IMG/VR virus record: IMGVR_UViG_3300049436_000052
Location: 64,001-128,000 of that record
Length of the DNA: 64,000 nucleotides
Source: a virus
Direction: 5' to 3' (one strand)
The notes beneath the pieces were generated by a model, which did no database searches, had not been told where the DNA came from, and saw only the letters and a program-made list of their open reading frames with translations. Shown here piece by piece: positions 10,349 to 19,436 of the stretch; within the stretch, counting starts at the first letter, position 1, and every line of letters begins with the position of its first letter. The translations under genes and the position numbers were made by a program.

Positions 10349-10573
10349 TTATTTTTCATTAACATATTGGCCTAAAAATCCAAATATATTTCTATTCAGT
10401 TTAAAATGTTTTTTATTTAAAGTTAAATTTCTATCAAGATTATTTACTTTTTCTATTTTTTTACCACAAATATTACATTTGTAGAAGGTATAGTAATTGT
10501 TTTCATCTTCAGTGAAATCAGCAATTGGTTCATGAATATTTAAAAAACATTTTAAACGTTTGAAAATTTTCAT
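10349..10573 (-). CDS. Small Cys/His zinc-ribbon protein (DUF1660-like)
   Basis: LKCFLNIH...YKCNICGK; same pattern as 41054..41236. Confidence 0.5.
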   Translation of the reverse strand: MKIFKRLKCFLNIHEPIADFTEDENNYYTFYKCNICGKKIEKVNNLDRNLTLNKKHFKLNRNIFGFLGQYVNEK

Positions 10574-10575
10574 TG

Positions 10576-11391
10576 TTAAACAATTTTAGTTATTTTACTT
10601 GTGTCAATAATCCTATCGTTTGTAAAATTTGATTCTTTGTGTGCGGTTTCAAACCAAAATTTTCTTTCTGGCATTGGCATAGATTTTAAATATCCGTCAA
10701 ATAAACTACCACTCCTATTCATAATATGTTTATAACCCAACTTAGGAATTGTAAATATTTTACAACCATTATTAACTGCTCTTAATAAAAATTCATACAT
10801 AAATGTTAGTAGAATATTTGATTTATAACCACCAATATTAAGGAATTCTGATTTTTTAATAACAGCACCAGATAATTTGAAATCACTATACTGTTTTAAA
10901 ACATTTATATTTAGATAACCAATTTCACCATTTTCTCCAACAAATTGCTGTGCCCAGACCGTTTCGTTTGCAAATTTCATTGCTTCATTTTTCTCATTAC
11001 TTTCAATGATAATAGTTAAAAACACATCAATATCTTTATATGTTTTTATGTATTGTTCGACATTTTTAAAATATGAGATAGCATATTCATCATCAAATTC
11101 AAGAACTGAAAAATAATCTACTTCAATAGATTTAACTGCTAAGTTAACTTGGGATTGATAATCAGTTTTACCTTCGTTTTTTAATAAAGTTATGTCTAAT
11201 TTATCTCCAAATTTTAGTGAATCTTTATAATTTATAATATTTTCTTCAATAGCTTCAGCATATACAATTACTATTTTAGGTAATTCGTTAATTTTTTCTT
11301 GCTTAATGATAGATTCAATTGCTTTATCTAAATACTTAGATATGTCTTCATTAAATTCATGTATTGGTATTATTACACTTATATTACTCAT
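10576..11391 (-). CDS. Glycosyltransferase family 2
   Basis: ISVIIPIH, AIESIIKQ, LEFDDEY, IGGY, YEFLLRA. Confidence 0.85.
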   Translation of the reverse strand: MSNISVIIPIHEFNEDISKYLDKAIESIIKQEKINELPKIVIVYAEAIEENIINYKDSLKFGDKLDITLLKNEGKTDYQSQVNLAVKSIEVDYFSVLEFDDEYAISYFKNVEQYIKTYKDIDVFLTIIIESNEKNEAMKFANETVWAQQFVGENGEIGYLNINVLKQYSDFKLSGAVIKKSEFLNIGGYKSNILLTFMYEFLLRAVNNGCKIFTIPKLGYKHIMNRSGSLFDGYLKSMPMPERKFWFETAHKESNFTNDRIIDTSKITKIV

Positions 11392-11421
11392 TTGATTTTA
11401 TATTTTATTTTCAATTAAAAA

Positions 11422-12552
11422 TTATTTTGGAATTGCATTTTCAAAAAATGTTATTCTTTCATTAATAAATTCAGTATATACTTTAACTATACTTTCTTCT
11501 GAATTTTCCATGTTATATGACGATGATACTTGTTTCATTGCATCATAGATTGATTCTGATAAATTATCATCTAAAAATTTAACGATTATTTCACCAATTA
11601 ACAGTGGTAAATCATAAAAATTTTCTGTCCAAACGCCTGCTTCATTATTAACTTTTGTAACAACATTTTCTTCATTTCTTTCAACCATATATTCTGGCAT
11701 GATATCAGGTTTTAAACAAATTGGAATTACACCAGATTTCATACATTCAAGAGGAAACGTTCCAAATGAAGCAATTCTATCAACCCAAACAGCAGCAAAA
11801 TTATTTTTCAACCTATTTGCAAAGTCAATTCTTCTCATTGTTTGAGGTGGTTTGCTTTTTGTTAGCATTGGATCGAAACTAACCCATCCGTATTGAGGAT
11901 ATTTAGCATAAAATAGTTTAACCAATTTAGAAATTTCATTAGGATTTCTTCCAACAATTGAAATTACTGGTTTTTGTGGTTCATTAGATGGTTTAAAATA
12001 ATCGGGAATTCCGATTTTATATGATTTGACGTTAAATTTATTTCCATAGAATTGTCTAACAATTTCGTTCATCATTTCGGATGTGGTAATTACATTATTA
12101 ACTCCAAATGATTTCCAATCCATCCCTGGTATCAGACTATTAATCATATAATCTATTGATTGTAATAATCCAATTCTTAGACATGGCAGATCTTTTGTTT
12201 GTTCCATAATATTTGAATAAACATCTGGAATAATCATTATTGTATCTGGTGCTATTGTTAATTTTGGATCAGACATTGGCATATGTTTATGCTCTGTTAA
12301 ATTACTATCAATCCAACTTGGTATAACATATTCTGCCTTTTCAACTAGCATTATTACTTCAAATCCCATTTTCTTTATTACTGTTGCATGAAAATATACT
12401 TCATAAACAGATGCTGCTGGATTTTGTGATTCTGGAACAAAAAATAAAAATTTAGATTTTTTATTTTTCAAATTTTCAACTGCAATTTTTATTTTTTCAA
12501 TTTTATCGTTTTCAAATTGCTGAACTTCTGTGTTCATTATTTCTTCACTCAT
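11422..12552 (-). CDS. Divergent GT-B fold glycosyltransferase
   Basis: FANRL..NFAAVWVDRIASFGTFPLECMKSGVIPI resembles the GT4 EgFGlpplEAMacG motif. Confidence 0.65.
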   Translation of the reverse strand: MSEEIMNTEVQQFENDKIEKIKIAVENLKNKKSKFLFFVPESQNPAASVYEVYFHATVIKKMGFEVIMLVEKAEYVIPSWIDSNLTEHKHMPMSDPKLTIAPDTIMIIPDVYSNIMEQTKDLPCLRIGLLQSIDYMINSLIPGMDWKSFGVNNVITTSEMMNEIVRQFYGNKFNVKSYKIGIPDYFKPSNEPQKPVISIVGRNPNEISKLVKLFYAKYPQYGWVSFDPMLTKSKPPQTMRRIDFANRLKNNFAAVWVDRIASFGTFPLECMKSGVIPICLKPDIMPEYMVERNEENVVTKVNNEAGVWTENFYDLPLLIGEIIVKFLDDNLSESIYDAMKQVSSSYNMENSEESIVKVYTEFINERITFFENAIPK

Positions 12553-12556
12553 TTTC

Positions 12557-13330
12557 TTATTTATTATTTGTTTCTTTATAATTTATTAATTTTTCGAATT
12601 CTTTATTACCATTAAGATCGTTTAATTGTAATACTTCTAAACATTTGTTTTTAATATCAACATTATATGGTCTTTTTACTTTAATTACTTTTTTTCCAAA
12701 AGGAATTTTATCGTTTAGAATTTCTGGATTAGTTGTTATTAAAATATCAACATCTTTCCACATTTCTTTTGAATTTTCAACAAATTTATAATTTCTAAAT
12801 CTGGAACAATTTGTCCTTCCTAAAAAATATAATGTTGGGGGTATTGATAGTTTATTTTCAATAGATAAAATAGTGATATCAATATAATTTTCATATTTTT
12901 GAATAAACTTATTCATATGTACATCCAATCCTTTATAGATCAAAGGCGCTAGACCACTAATTTCAAGAAGATAGTCTTCATACATAAATTTATTATAAAC
13001 TTCTTTTGGGGTTAAATTTATTTTTTCTGACTTCTTGAATAAGAATGCATCTGCTGGTACAACACCTTCATCATCAGGCTGATAATCTATTGGATTAATA
13101 AATTCTGGACAATCTTCTGGTTCTTTAAGTTCTTTAATTATTTCTGTTTTGGCTTCCCATTTATATTCTTTAAAAAAATCAAACACATATGGTTGTTCTG
13201 GAATACCAGATTCATCAAAATCTTGACAATAATATCGATCCGCTTGCAAACATTTTGATCTTAAAATTTCATCAATCTCAATACCTATCCTAATTTTTCT
13301 TTTTTTAAATAACTTATTTAGTATTTTCAT
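12557..13330 (-). CDS. HAD/5'(3')-nucleotidase-like protein with altered motif I
   Basis: RIGIEIDEILRS; DILITTNP; KVIKVKRPYN. Confidence 0.55.
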   Translation of the reverse strand: MKILNKLFKKRKIRIGIEIDEILRSKCLQADRYYCQDFDESGIPEQPYVFDFFKEYKWEAKTEIIKELKEPEDCPEFINPIDYQPDDEGVVPADAFLFKKSEKINLTPKEVYNKFMYEDYLLEISGLAPLIYKGLDVHMNKFIQKYENYIDITILSIENKLSIPPTLYFLGRTNCSRFRNYKFVENSKEMWKDVDILITTNPEILNDKIPFGKKVIKVKRPYNVDIKNKCLEVLQLNDLNGNKEFEKLINYKETNNK

Positions 13331-13619
13331 ATTTTTTTAATTTCTTGTTGATTTTCTTATTTATTTTTTTAATCATTTTAGTATGTTTCTTTATCAATGT
13401 TTTATCACTAATATATTCTGGATTAATACATTCGATTCTGGTATTAACACTTGTTTTATCTGGAATAACAATAAATTCACCTTTAACTGTTGAAGGAAGA
13501 ATTTTTTCAATAACTTTCTTAACATATTCATCAACATCATTGATGTCGTTTATTCCAACATAAACAACAAATATTTTTTCTTCAAAATAATTAAATGTGT
13601 TTGTAGTTGCTGTGATCAT
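13314..13619 (-). CDS. Hypothetical protein
   Basis: 101 aa, first gene of minus-strand operon. Confidence 0.55.
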   Translation of the reverse strand: MITATTNTFNYFEEKIFVVYVGINDINDVDEYVKKVIEKILPSTVKGEFIVIPDKTSVNTRIECINPEYISDKTLIKKHTKMIKKINKKINKKLKKYENTK

Positions 13620-13771
13620 TTTTTTGTTTTTTATTGTAATTTTATTTTATTATCATCTTTCATTTTACTAATACGTAAATTTTTTAAAAATCTTGAATTT
13701 TTTTGAAAAAAAATATTTTTTTAACTATTTATCATAAAACAATAATTATTTATAAAAAAATATAAAAATTT

Positions 13772-14692
13772 ATGAACGAAGAAAAAATACCACAAAGAGA
13801 AAATATCACAGAAGTTTTAAAGAAATATAAAGAAGTTAAAACACAATTAGAAAATAAAGGTGCTTCAATTGAAACTAATATTGAAAATCAACCAATTGGT
13901 AAAACAAATAATTTTCAGGATTATGAGAAATTAATGACAAAAGAAACTGATCCCGATTTAATGATGTCTTATGAAATTGTTCAATTACCATCAAAAGGTA
14001 TTTTTTATCAAAATAGAATTTCAGAATTAAATGTTGAATATATGACATCTAAGGATGAAGATCTAATTACAACTCCCTCAATAATTGATAGTGGCAATGC
14101 ACTTGATTTACTTCTAAAAAGAAAAATAAAAACTCCAAATGTTAGTCCAGAAGATCTTTTAGGTGGTGATAGAAATGCAGTTATTCTATATTTAAGAACT
14201 TCTAGTTATGGAACTGATTATAACGTCAATGTAACAGATCCTAGAGATGGTTCAACTTTTAAATATAAAATTAATTTATTAAAATTAAAATACAAAGAAC
14301 TGACTGAAATTCCTGACGATAATGGTCATTTCAATGTTGATATTCCAATGCGTAAAAAAAATGTTGTATTTAGATTATTAACTTCTGGTCAAGATAACGA
14401 AATATTTAAAAAAGCAGAAGCAATGAAAGTAGAATTTAATGAGGAATTTAGTCAATATAATACTTTAAAATTAAAAGCTTCTATTATTTCAATTGGTGGT
14501 AATTTAGATAGAACATATATTAACAGATTTGTTGATGCTATGCCAAGTCTTGACGCATTCACTATTCGTAAAAAAATATTAGAAGTATCGCCTGATGTTG
14601 ATATGACATATGAATTTACTTCACCTAAAGATGAATATAAATTTAATGCACAATTATCAATAGGTCTGGATTTTTTTTTCCCTCAAATTTAG
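13772..14692 (+). CDS. Baseplate hub/tail assembly chaperone (T4 gp26-like)
   Basis: VQLPSKGIFY, YMTSKDEDL, GDRNAVILYLRTSSYG, C-terminal DFFFP. Confidence 0.8.
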   Translation: MNEEKIPQRENITEVLKKYKEVKTQLENKGASIETNIENQPIGKTNNFQDYEKLMTKETDPDLMMSYEIVQLPSKGIFYQNRISELNVEYMTSKDEDLITTPSIIDSGNALDLLLKRKIKTPNVSPEDLLGGDRNAVILYLRTSSYGTDYNVNVTDPRDGSTFKYKINLLKLKYKELTEIPDDNGHFNVDIPMRKKNVVFRLLTSGQDNEIFKKAEAMKVEFNEEFSQYNTLKLKASIISIGGNLDRTYINRFVDAMPSLDAFTIRKKILEVSPDVDMTYEFTSPKDEYKFNAQLSIGLDFFFPQI

Positions 14693-14883
14693 CGGGATCT
14701 TATAAGAAGTTGTTGAATGAAGAAATTTTTATTTTAACAAAACACGCTAAATTTCAGGCTGATTACGTAGAAAAACTTCCTGTGTATCGGAGAAGATACT
14801 ATCTTCATTTATTACAAAAGGAAAATGAAGAAATTGAAAAAATTCAAGAGAAGGAAATGAATAGAGCCAGGTCAAGAAGATAA
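14671..14883 (+). CDS. gp51-like extension reached by -1 frameshift (absent from ORF track)
   Basis: -1 frame reads FFFPSNLAGSYKKLLNEEIFILTKHAKFQADYVEKLPVYRRRYYLHLLQKENEE...SRR*; no ATG at its start; begins at T9C run. Confidence 0.75.
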   Translation, partial: FFFPSNLAGSYKKLLNEEIFILTKHAKFQADYVEKLPVYRRRYYLHLLQKENEEIEKIQEKEMNRARSRR

Positions 14884-14888
14884 ATTTT

Positions 14889-15077
14889 TTATAAATCAAT
14901 ATCAAAATAAAGATCAGTTATAAGTTCTTTCCATAATTCATTTATCATAAGTTTATGATAAATTTCTGAATCAAGATTGTCATTTAGTGTTTGCGTTCTT
15001 AATTTGTTGTTTGTTGATTCAATAACACTTAACTTATAAGCAATAGCGTCTCTAAATATATTATAATCTATAAACAT
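14889..15077 (-). CDS. Hypothetical protein
   Basis: 62 aa island ORF. Confidence 0.5.
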   Translation of the reverse strand: MFIDYNIFRDAIAYKLSVIESTNNKLRTQTLNDNLDSEIYHKLMINELWKELITDLYFDIDL

Positions 15078-15080
15078 TTT

Positions 15081-15632
15081 CTAAATCAAATATTCGTTAG
15101 AATCTTTCACTTTACGTTTTAATAAACTTAAACCGCTTAATATATCTATTTTTCTTGGTCTTTTTTCAACTTCCGAAATTAAGTTTAATAGATTATCATT
15201 ATTTTCAATTCTTTTCTTGTTATTGTAATCAAAAATATTATGTATCTTCTTATTAAGGACATTATTGATATTTTGAACAAAATCATCTAAAGTAATATTT
15301 TTATTGTCAAAATTTTTAACTAAAGTAGTTATCTCTGAATTAATATCGTTACGAAGAATAATATCACTAATACTATTTACATATTTTTTTATATTTGGAA
15401 TATTGTTTCTTATTTTTAGTGCATGATTTAGTGTAGAATGATCACGATTTACTTTACTTGTAATCATACTATTGCTTGCTTTTGTAAAATCTCGTGCAAC
15501 TATCATATACGCATGTCGAACTTCAGTAATCTTTCTTTTTCTTGTTTTGCTTTTTAATTCATTATAAGAAATCCCAGAAGCTAAAATAGTTACATTTAAA
15601 ACTAAATCCAAACTAATTTCATTATTGTTCAT
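15081..15632 (-). CDS. DnaA C-terminal (domain IV) HTH protein
   Basis: ELKSKTRKRKITEVRHAYM..AR.FT..S...I...VNRDHSTLNHA. Confidence 0.8.
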   Translation of the reverse strand: MNNNEISLDLVLNVTILASGISYNELKSKTRKRKITEVRHAYMIVARDFTKASNSMITSKVNRDHSTLNHALKIRNNIPNIKKYVNSISDIILRNDINSEITTLVKNFDNKNITLDDFVQNINNVLNKKIHNIFDYNNKKRIENNDNLLNLISEVEKRPRKIDILSGLSLLKRKVKDSNEYLI

Positions 15633-15652
15633 AGAAACATTATTATTTAAAT

Positions 15653-15689
15653 TTATTTGGAAAGTTTATTATGATACTTTCCAAATAAC
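15653..15689. repeat. Perfect 13-bp inverted repeat (possible empty mini-cassette or terminator)
   Basis: ttatttggaaagt-N10-actttccaaataa(c); minus strand begins GTTATTT. Confidence 0.6.
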
Positions 15690-15743
15690 ATATTTTATTG
15701 ATATGATTAGTAGCGTTTTATAAATATTTTGTATATATAATAA

Positions 15744-16034
15744 TTATAAAACAACTTGTGATCTAAAATCGTCTTTAAGTTTCTGCCTACATTCATTACA
15801 CATTGTTATTACATCGGTACATGGTTTTTTGCAAGCCGATTTTATAACATCAGGTATATTTAATTTTTTAACCTCACCTTTGATCATTGGAATAAGCCCG
15901 TCCAAAATTTTAACTACAGATTCTCGCTTGATTTCATACCAACCATTGTCGTTTTCTGGTACACTATCAAAAACGATATTTTTATCAATTTTATCCTTTA
16001 GCCATGTTATTATAATTTCTCTGTCTTTATTCAT
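15744..16034 (-). CDS. Hypothetical protein spanning an attC-like crossover (LNIPDVIKS)
   Basis: 96 aa; starts within loop of element 15842-16088. Confidence 0.6.
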   Translation of the reverse strand: MNKDREIIITWLKDKIDKNIVFDSVPENDNGWYEIKRESVVKILDGLIPMIKGEVKKLNIPDVIKSACKKPCTDVITMCNECRQKLKDDFRSQVVL

Positions 16035-16088
16035 ATTGTTGGTTTTAAACGGTAAAAAAAACTAAAACATACCTATCGACTGTTAGTG
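15842..16088 (-). mobile_element. attC-like imperfect palindrome A
   Basis: Minus strand CACTAAC-agtcgat-aggtatgttt ... aaatatacct-gat-GTTATAA. Confidence 0.5.
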
Positions 16089-16430
16089 ATTAGCTTTCGA
16101 CCACCACTGCAAAAACACGACAACTGAATTGAATAGTATTTTAATATCAACATCCATTAAAGCTGACATTACTGACTTCTTTTTTGTAAAATCATCAATA
16201 GGTAGTTGTTGTATTTTTTTTACTACTGGCATTAATTCGTCCCAACTTTCGTCATAACTGAAATTACTTAGATGTTTACCTCCTTTTAAGTCTTTTAAAT
16301 ATACCTTATTTGGAGTATTATCGTAAGGCGAATCAATCCATCCCATGAAATTAGCAATAAGCCGAACCGCTAACAATGTATTTACGCCATTAGCGGTTAT
16401 GTTCTCGCTTAATAATTCTTCAGTTTTCAT
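16083..16430 (-). CDS. Hypothetical protein; N-terminus encoded by attC-like arm
   Basis: 115 aa; LIANFMGW...YDESWDELMPVVKKI; stop codon lies within CACTAAC. Confidence 0.65.
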   Translation of the reverse strand: MKTEELLSENITANGVNTLLAVRLIANFMGWIDSPYDNTPNKVYLKDLKGGKHLSNFSYDESWDELMPVVKKIQQLPIDDFTKKKSVMSALMDVDIKILFNSVVVFLQWWSKANH

Positions 16431-16498
16431 ATATTTGTTTTTACGTGTTAAATTCGTAGTTAATAATCGCCAACAGGCGCAAATATTAAACGTTAAGT
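16368..16498 (-). mobile_element. attC-like imperfect palindrome B (best conserved, 131 bp)
   Basis: Minus strand ACTTAAC-gtttaa-tatttgcgcc-tg-ttggcgattat ... ataaccgctaa-t-ggcgtaaata-catt-GTTAGCG. Confidence 0.7.
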
Positions 16499-16502
16499 TA
16501 CA

Positions 16503-16991
16503 TTAAACATTCTCAATGAGATAGTGTTCTAAATTTTCAAGAGAATCTAATAACAATTTAACTCTTTTAATTTTATCTGATTTTGTATAAAAGCATGGTT
16601 TTTCGGTTTCTTTATCAAATCTTTCAAGGTCGGATGACAAACGCAACTTAATATCTGCTATAACATCATTTTTATTTATTATATCTGAGGTTGCTGCAAG
16701 TTCTAACATTTTAGAGGCAAACCATTCTACTATCTCATTTGCATCCAAAGGCTGCGATTGAGAGTAGTACCATAAACAGAAGTCTTTTCGCTTTTCCTCC
16801 AACTGTTCGCTTCGCCCGCTAACAACAGGTAAATCCAATTTTTTTAACGCTTCGATTAACTCCAAAAAGGCATTTGTTATATCCATATAAAATGCCATAG
16901 CACCAGTTGTAAGTGTTTCCGCTTTTTGATATTTTTCGTAAGCAGATGCCTTTTTTTCTTCGGCTTTTGAGATTAATTCATTTAATTTCAT
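16503..16991 (-). CDS. Hypothetical mosaic protein crossing two attC-like junctions
   Basis: 162 aa; LDLPVVSGRSEQL and NDVIADIKLRL coincide with GTT/ATT junctions. Confidence 0.6.
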   Translation of the reverse strand: MKLNELISKAEEKKASAYEKYQKAETLTTGAMAFYMDITNAFLELIEALKKLDLPVVSGRSEQLEEKRKDFCLWYYSQSQPLDANEIVEWFASKMLELAATSDIINKNDVIADIKLRLSSDLERFDKETEKPCFYTKSDKIKRVKLLLDSLENLEHYLIENV

Positions 16992-17040
16992 TTTCTATGT
17001 ATTTTAAGTAAAAAACTGTATTTACTAACAACCGTTATAC
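16817..17040 (-). mobile_element. attC-like imperfect palindrome C
   Basis: Minus strand GTATAAC-ggttgtt-agtaaatacagtttttt ... aaaaaattggatttacc-tgtt-GTTAGCG. Confidence 0.55.
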
Positions 17041-17146
17041 TTAACTTAAAACAAGATGCGTTCTATTTTGAGCATAATACCAGTTTTGTAATTTTGAAGC
17101 ATATCTATTGGCAACCGCTTCATATTGTCATACTATTAGCACAATA

Positions 17147-17344
17147 CTACGAAAGTGCTTCGATTTCAGTTTTTACATCATTCCAATAAAGTAATAAATC
17201 AGAATGAAAATCTAAGTTATAATTAAATTCTACATCAACTAATTCTTTGATTATTTCATCAACACAACTGATTGAATGTTCTTTTCGCCATCCACCGACA
17301 GCAAATTTTTCTAATAATTCTTGTGCTTTTTCTTTTGGTGTCAT
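17147..17344 (-). CDS. Hypothetical protein, paralog of 56458..56733
   Basis: MTPKEKAQEL..KF...KEHS...VDEII...YW..VK. Confidence 0.65.
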   Translation of the reverse strand: MTPKEKAQELLEKFAVGGWRKEHSISCVDEIIKELVDVEFNYNLDFHSDLLLYWNDVKTEIEALS

Positions 17345-17364
17345 AAATTTTCTTGTTATTTTAT

Positions 17365-17733
17365 TTAATATCCAAGTTCCTTTTTCAAACGAGCAAACTC
17401 TTTTTGTTTTTCTTCTAATTTTGCTTTATCTACATCATTCTTTCGCTTCTCTTTCTTATCCAAAGTTTGTTTTGTAATATCTTCAATAAATTTATTCCAT
17501 TGCATATCACTCATTTCAAGTTGTTCTAACTTCATTTCTATTGAAAAGTGTTCTGGACAATAGTATGATGTTTTTTCTTCAAATTCGAATATGATTTGAT
17601 TTTCCTCAAATTCAATTCTATTTACAAAAACATCACATTCACAACCTTCTCCTATAAGCAATTCCTCTGCTCTTTTAGAAGCAAAAGATTGAAATTCTGT
17701 TACACTTTTTAAAAACTCTTTTATATTTTCCAT
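17365..17733 (-). CDS. Hypothetical protein
   Basis: 122 aa island ORF. Confidence 0.6.
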   Translation of the reverse strand: MENIKEFLKSVTEFQSFASKRAEELLIGEGCECDVFVNRIEFEENQIIFEFEEKTSYYCPEHFSIEMKLEQLEMSDMQWNKFIEDITKQTLDKKEKRKNDVDKAKLEEKQKEFARLKKELGY

Positions 17734-17753
17734 ATTGATTAATTTTATTATAA

Positions 17754-18206
17754 TTAAATATTTTCTAACGCACTTTCGGGTTGGTAATCGTATTCATGTC
17801 CTATATTCTTTATTCTATATTCCCAAATATAACCAGTCCATCTAATTGAGATTATTGTAGGATTTTTTATTGTTTTTCCGTTAAATTTTATTTGAAATGG
17901 TTGTTCGTTATTAAATTTTGGGAACGATGTTGGTTTAGCAAGTTCTTTAGTTATCATACCTTTTAACAATTCTTCGTCTGATAAATTTCTATATTCTTTT
18001 AATGAATATGAATTTAGGTCATGTATCATTTTAATGAAAAATTTATCCCTCTTATCATTATCATATTTTAAATCAAAATCAGACGTTCCTGTAAATACAA
18101 GAATATTATTAAAATAATACTCTCGATTGCAATAAAAAAATTTAACTATTTCCATCTCAAAATTTTTATTATTAATAATATTCCCAAATTCTTTTAAAAA
18201 CTTCAT
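17754..18206 (-). CDS. Hypothetical protein
   Basis: 150 aa island ORF. Confidence 0.55.
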   Translation of the reverse strand: MKFLKEFGNIINNKNFEMEIVKFFYCNREYYFNNILVFTGTSDFDLKYDNDKRDKFFIKMIHDLNSYSLKEYRNLSDEELLKGMITKELAKPTSFPKFNNEQPFQIKFNGKTIKNPTIISIRWTGYIWEYRIKNIGHEYDYQPESALENI

Positions 18207-18318
18207 TATAAACTTCCTCCAATTCTTTTATTTTTTTAAATGTTTTGGGGTTTCTTGCTTTTTCTGAAATTAATTTTTCGTACAATTCCAAAAGTTCTAT
18301 TGCTGACAAATCTTTCAT
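18172..18318 (-). CDS. Small hypothetical protein (48 aa, below track cutoff)
   Basis: MKDLSAIELLELYEKLISEK...WEYY*; fills gap in operon. Confidence 0.45.
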   Translation of the reverse strand: MKDLSAIELLELYEKLISEKARNPKTFKKIKELEEVYNEVFKRIWEYY

Positions 18319-18323
18319 AACTA

Positions 18324-18608
18324 TTATAATAGATCAAATTCCTTTTCAAGTTTTTCCTTTTCTTCCAATAAATATGATTTTATTATATTTATTAAATCAT
18401 TATTTAATATTATTGGAACTTCTGTTTGAGTATTTCCATCATATTCTTCATTAAGATGCTCAATTATTAGTTTTGGTTTTAAATTAACAACTTCAATTAA
18501 TTTACCATCTATATCTAATTCTTCACGTTCAAACGAACTAAGTGCTTTGTTAATTTTACTTATTTTTCTTAAAATAAGATTTCCTTTTTCTATTATTTCT
18601 ATTTTCAT
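18324..18608 (-). CDS. Hypothetical protein
   Basis: 94 aa island ORF. Confidence 0.6.
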   Translation of the reverse strand: MKIEIIEKGNLILRKISKINKALSSFEREELDIDGKLIEVVNLKPKLIIEHLNEEYDGNTQTEVPIILNNDLINIIKSYLLEEKEKLEKEFDLL

Positions 18609-18632
18609 AATTATTAAAATTATATGTAGATT

Positions 18633-18839
18633 TTAAAAATGACTAATTATTTCAAGCAAACAATCTTTACAAAGTATTATCACATCACCATGATGTTTAT
18701 CTGTCGATATTCCTTGTATTGATGCACATTCTTTCATTTCATCACAACCATCACATAGTTTATTATCACCATCAACATAAAGTAATCTAACTTTACCTAT
18801 TTTTTTACCATCTTTTTCAAGATATTCATCACTTATCAT
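18633..18839 (-). CDS. Small zinc-finger protein
   Basis: CDGC...LCKDC. Confidence 0.6.
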   Translation of the reverse strand: MISDEYLEKDGKKIGKVRLLYVDGDNKLCDGCDEMKECASIQGISTDKHHGDVIILCKDCLLEIISHF

Positions 18840-18889
18840 AAGTTTAGATAGTTTAATAAAAAAAATATAAAGATGTTATTTAACACTTT

Positions 18890-19075
18890 TTAAAGTTTTC
18901 GTTTCAATTTTAACAATTCTACTGCAATCTCATGAACTTCATCAATATAACCTTCTTTAAAATCATTATGTCCCCAAGTCTCTTCATCGAGAACTATTAA
19001 TAATTCTTTATAAGCATTAGATATAAGTTCTTTTGCATTTCTGATTTTTTCATCTGCTGTTGTTGTTACGCTCAT
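18890..19075 (-). CDS. Hypothetical protein
   Basis: 61 aa island ORF. Confidence 0.55.
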   Translation of the reverse strand: MSVTTTADEKIRNAKELISNAYKELLIVLDEETWGHNDFKEGYIDEVHEIAVELLKLKRKL

Positions 19076-19121
19076 CTTATTTATTTTTTAAGAATTTCAT
19101 CTAATTACAAGATAATTAGTA

Positions 19122-19358
19122 TTAATCTGCTCTAGCATCATCAGTAGTTCTATAAAATTGATGGATTTTAACAAAAACGTTATCCATTTCACCAAGCTGG
19201 TTTATAAGTTCTTCTTTTGCCAATCTTTGTGCTTCCTCTTTACCTTCTTTCTTATTTTTAGCTTGTATTATAAAACTATATCCTTCACTACCATTCCAAG
19301 GTAAGTCTTCTGAGTTGTCAGTAAAACTAACTTCACAATCTGCATAATAAGTATTCAT
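19122..19358 (-). CDS. Hypothetical protein
   Basis: 78 aa island ORF. Confidence 0.55.
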   Translation of the reverse strand: MNTYYADCEVSFTDNSEDLPWNGSEGYSFIIQAKNKKEGKEEAQRLAKEELINQLGEMDNVFVKIHQFYRTTDDARAD

Positions 19359-19436
19359 ATTATAATCTATTTAAATAAAATTATTTTTTTGTCATTCCAT
19401 TATAATTTAGTGTTAAAATTTAGTTATATATTGTCA

